The notes under the pieces were generated by a model. The model was not told where the DNA came from, made no database searches, and worked only from the letters and a program-made list of their open reading frames with translations. The position numbers and the translations under genes were made by a program. Positions 62,672 to 64,000 of a stretch of DNA of 64,000 bases are shown here, piece after piece. The DNA is from Peribolospora baueri (lineage: Eukaryota). The DNA lies in NCBI GenBank assembly GCA_029717555.1, contig JAMDHS010000003.1:1-64000 (forward strand), in the 5' to 3' direction. Every line of letters starts with the position of its first letter. The stretch's first letter is position 1.

Positions 62672-63397
62672 TCAAACACCATCCTCGGCCATCTCTGTAC
62701 CCCGCATAATCATGAATAACGCAACGGATGCCAGGGCGAGCACGACGACCGTGCTTGTGCTCATCCATGCCATCTCCTTCCGTGAGAGGGGCTGGAAAGA
62801 CTCCGAGGCGGTTGAGGCGGAGGTACCAAAGAGAGGAGCAGGAAGGCCATTCAGCTCGTCCACTTCTTCGTCCGAGGAGTAGGAGGACGAGTAAGAGTCG
62901 TGCGACAGGTCCGACCTCCCGTCTAGGCCCATGTCGGGCCCTTCGGCCTGCTCGATATAGTCGTCGTTCTCATCGGCATAATTTGGCCTCCACCTTCCGC
63001 TTCGTCCATGACCTTCTCCACCTTCCTCCAAAATGCCCATCTCCATCCCCGCCTGTCCGTCCATGGACGTCCTCAACCCCATCTCTCTCGTCAGTCCTAG
63101 CGAATTCCTCCTAGCCACATCCGCCAGCCCTGCCGTAGAAGTAACGCTCGCCTGTCGAGTCTTGTGTCTGCGCTGGTCGCTCCCGCCCATCAACGGCGGA
63201 CTGACCGAACGCGCATCTGGCTTCTCTCCCGTTCCTGCTGACCCTCCTTCTCGGGTGTTCGCTTCCGAGTCGGCGCCGCCTGCGCGGGAAGTGTTGGCAC
63301 GAGGCAATGCGGGAGAACGCAGTGCTGACGGGGACGGCGCGGTGAAAGCCACGAGGTCGTCCAAAGACAATGAAGAGGTGGAGGACCGCGGCGACAT
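62672..63397 (-). CDS. Uncharacterised protein with single C-terminal TM helix (tail-anchored-like)
   Basis: Open ORF, disordered acidic N-terminal part, then FQPLSRKEMAWMSTSTVVVLALASVALFMIM. Confidence 0.55.
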   Translation of the reverse strand: MSPRSSTSSLSLDDLVAFTAPSPSALRSPALPRANTSRAGGADSEANTREGGSAGTGEKPDARSVSPPLMGGSDQRRHKTRQASVTSTAGLADVARRNSLGLTREMGLRTSMDGQAGMEMGILEEGGEGHGRSGRWRPNYADENDDYIEQAEGPDMGLDGRSDLSHDSYSSSYSSDEEVDELNGLPAPLFGTSASTASESFQPLSRKEMAWMSTSTVVVLALASVALFMIMRGTEMAEDGV

Positions 63398-63731
63398 TGG
63401 CTCAGCGGTCTTTCTGCCTGCCTCGTTGGCGGTCTGCGTTGTTATGACGAGGTGTGAGAAGAGCAATGATGAATTGCATCCTGGCCAAGGCGGCCTCTCC
63501 GAGAGCGGCCATGGCTAAGTCCGTTTAAGTGCGTACGATCAATCCACGCGCCCTGCTCTCTACACGGTCGCGTCATCCCAGCGCGCGGGGGCGAAAGAGA
63601 GGAAGAGGCATCGTCGATCGCGAGCGCGATTTCCATCCACAACCGCCATCAGCGTCCCCGCCACCACCCTTTCTTCCATCCATCCGGGTCATTGCACAAC
63701 TCGTCATCGCTCGGAAGCTCGCAGTGTAACG

Positions 63732-64000
63732 ATGGGAGACGTCCAGCTCGACGTAGCGCAATTCCACAAGAGGGCTTCGGCTCTTCTTCGGGCATGGAAG
63801 GTGGGTCGGACGTCGACTTGTGCCCATCCACCGCTCGTGTTCCGGTTCCCCACAGCTAAGCGGGCGCTGCTTGACTCGGGGCTAGGCGCTATTCCGTTAC
63901 TTATCACCGTTTGATCGTTTATGCGCACTCAGAACGCTACCGATAACGAGGACTTCTCTACTCTCAACGACGTCGACGCCGTGCTCGTCATCGTCGGTGC
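63732..64000 (+). CDS. spt16: FACT complex subunit Spt16, N-terminus (runs off window end)
   Basis: MGDVQLDVAQFHKRASALLRAWK|NATDNEDFSTLNDVDAVLVIVG resembles the Spt16 N-lobe start; only about 45 aa visible. Confidence 0.65.

Noticed and set aside
1..64000. tRNA, rRNA, snRNA, CRISPR arrays, transposons
   Set aside because: No cloverleaf/B-box, repeat-spacer or transposase signatures seen by eye; a covariance-model scan would be needed to exclude small ncRNAs

Overview
Intron-rich, GC-rich eukaryotic (fungal) DNA, almost certainly basidiomycete. The Sid1 sequence suggests Ustilaginomycotina (inference). About 21 spliced protein-coding genes were reconstructed by hand. In order: secreted carboxylesterase (partial), MsrB, putative cyclase/KynB-like hydrolase, PLP decarboxylase, peroxisomal acyl/aryl-CoA ligase, Ady2/GPR1-family transporter, a small secreted protein, an FAD monooxygenase divergent from a non-reducing PKS (SAT-KS-AT-PT-ACP-TE), a paralogous second secreted protein, an atypical HSF-domain factor, Pol31, a Mix14-like CX9C protein, sid1 with clustered ATCWGATAA iron-repressor boxes, Tsc1, an FAH/alpha-beta-hydrolase fusion divergent from an amidohydrolase, MsrA, a 2H phosphoesterase, a DUF2015-like protein, a tail-anchored protein and the start of Spt16. 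Most striking: two genes appear to need ultra-short exons to restore conserved motifs. These are a 1-nt exon at 3950 (minus) and a 2-nt exon at 55288-55289 that supplies a predicted metal-ligand His. Also notable are three GC-AG introns and a two-gene PKS/monooxygenase module nested between two paralogous secreted-protein genes. No tRNA/rRNA, CRISPR array or recognisable transposon was seen. All gene models are manual and untested by alignment or RNA data.
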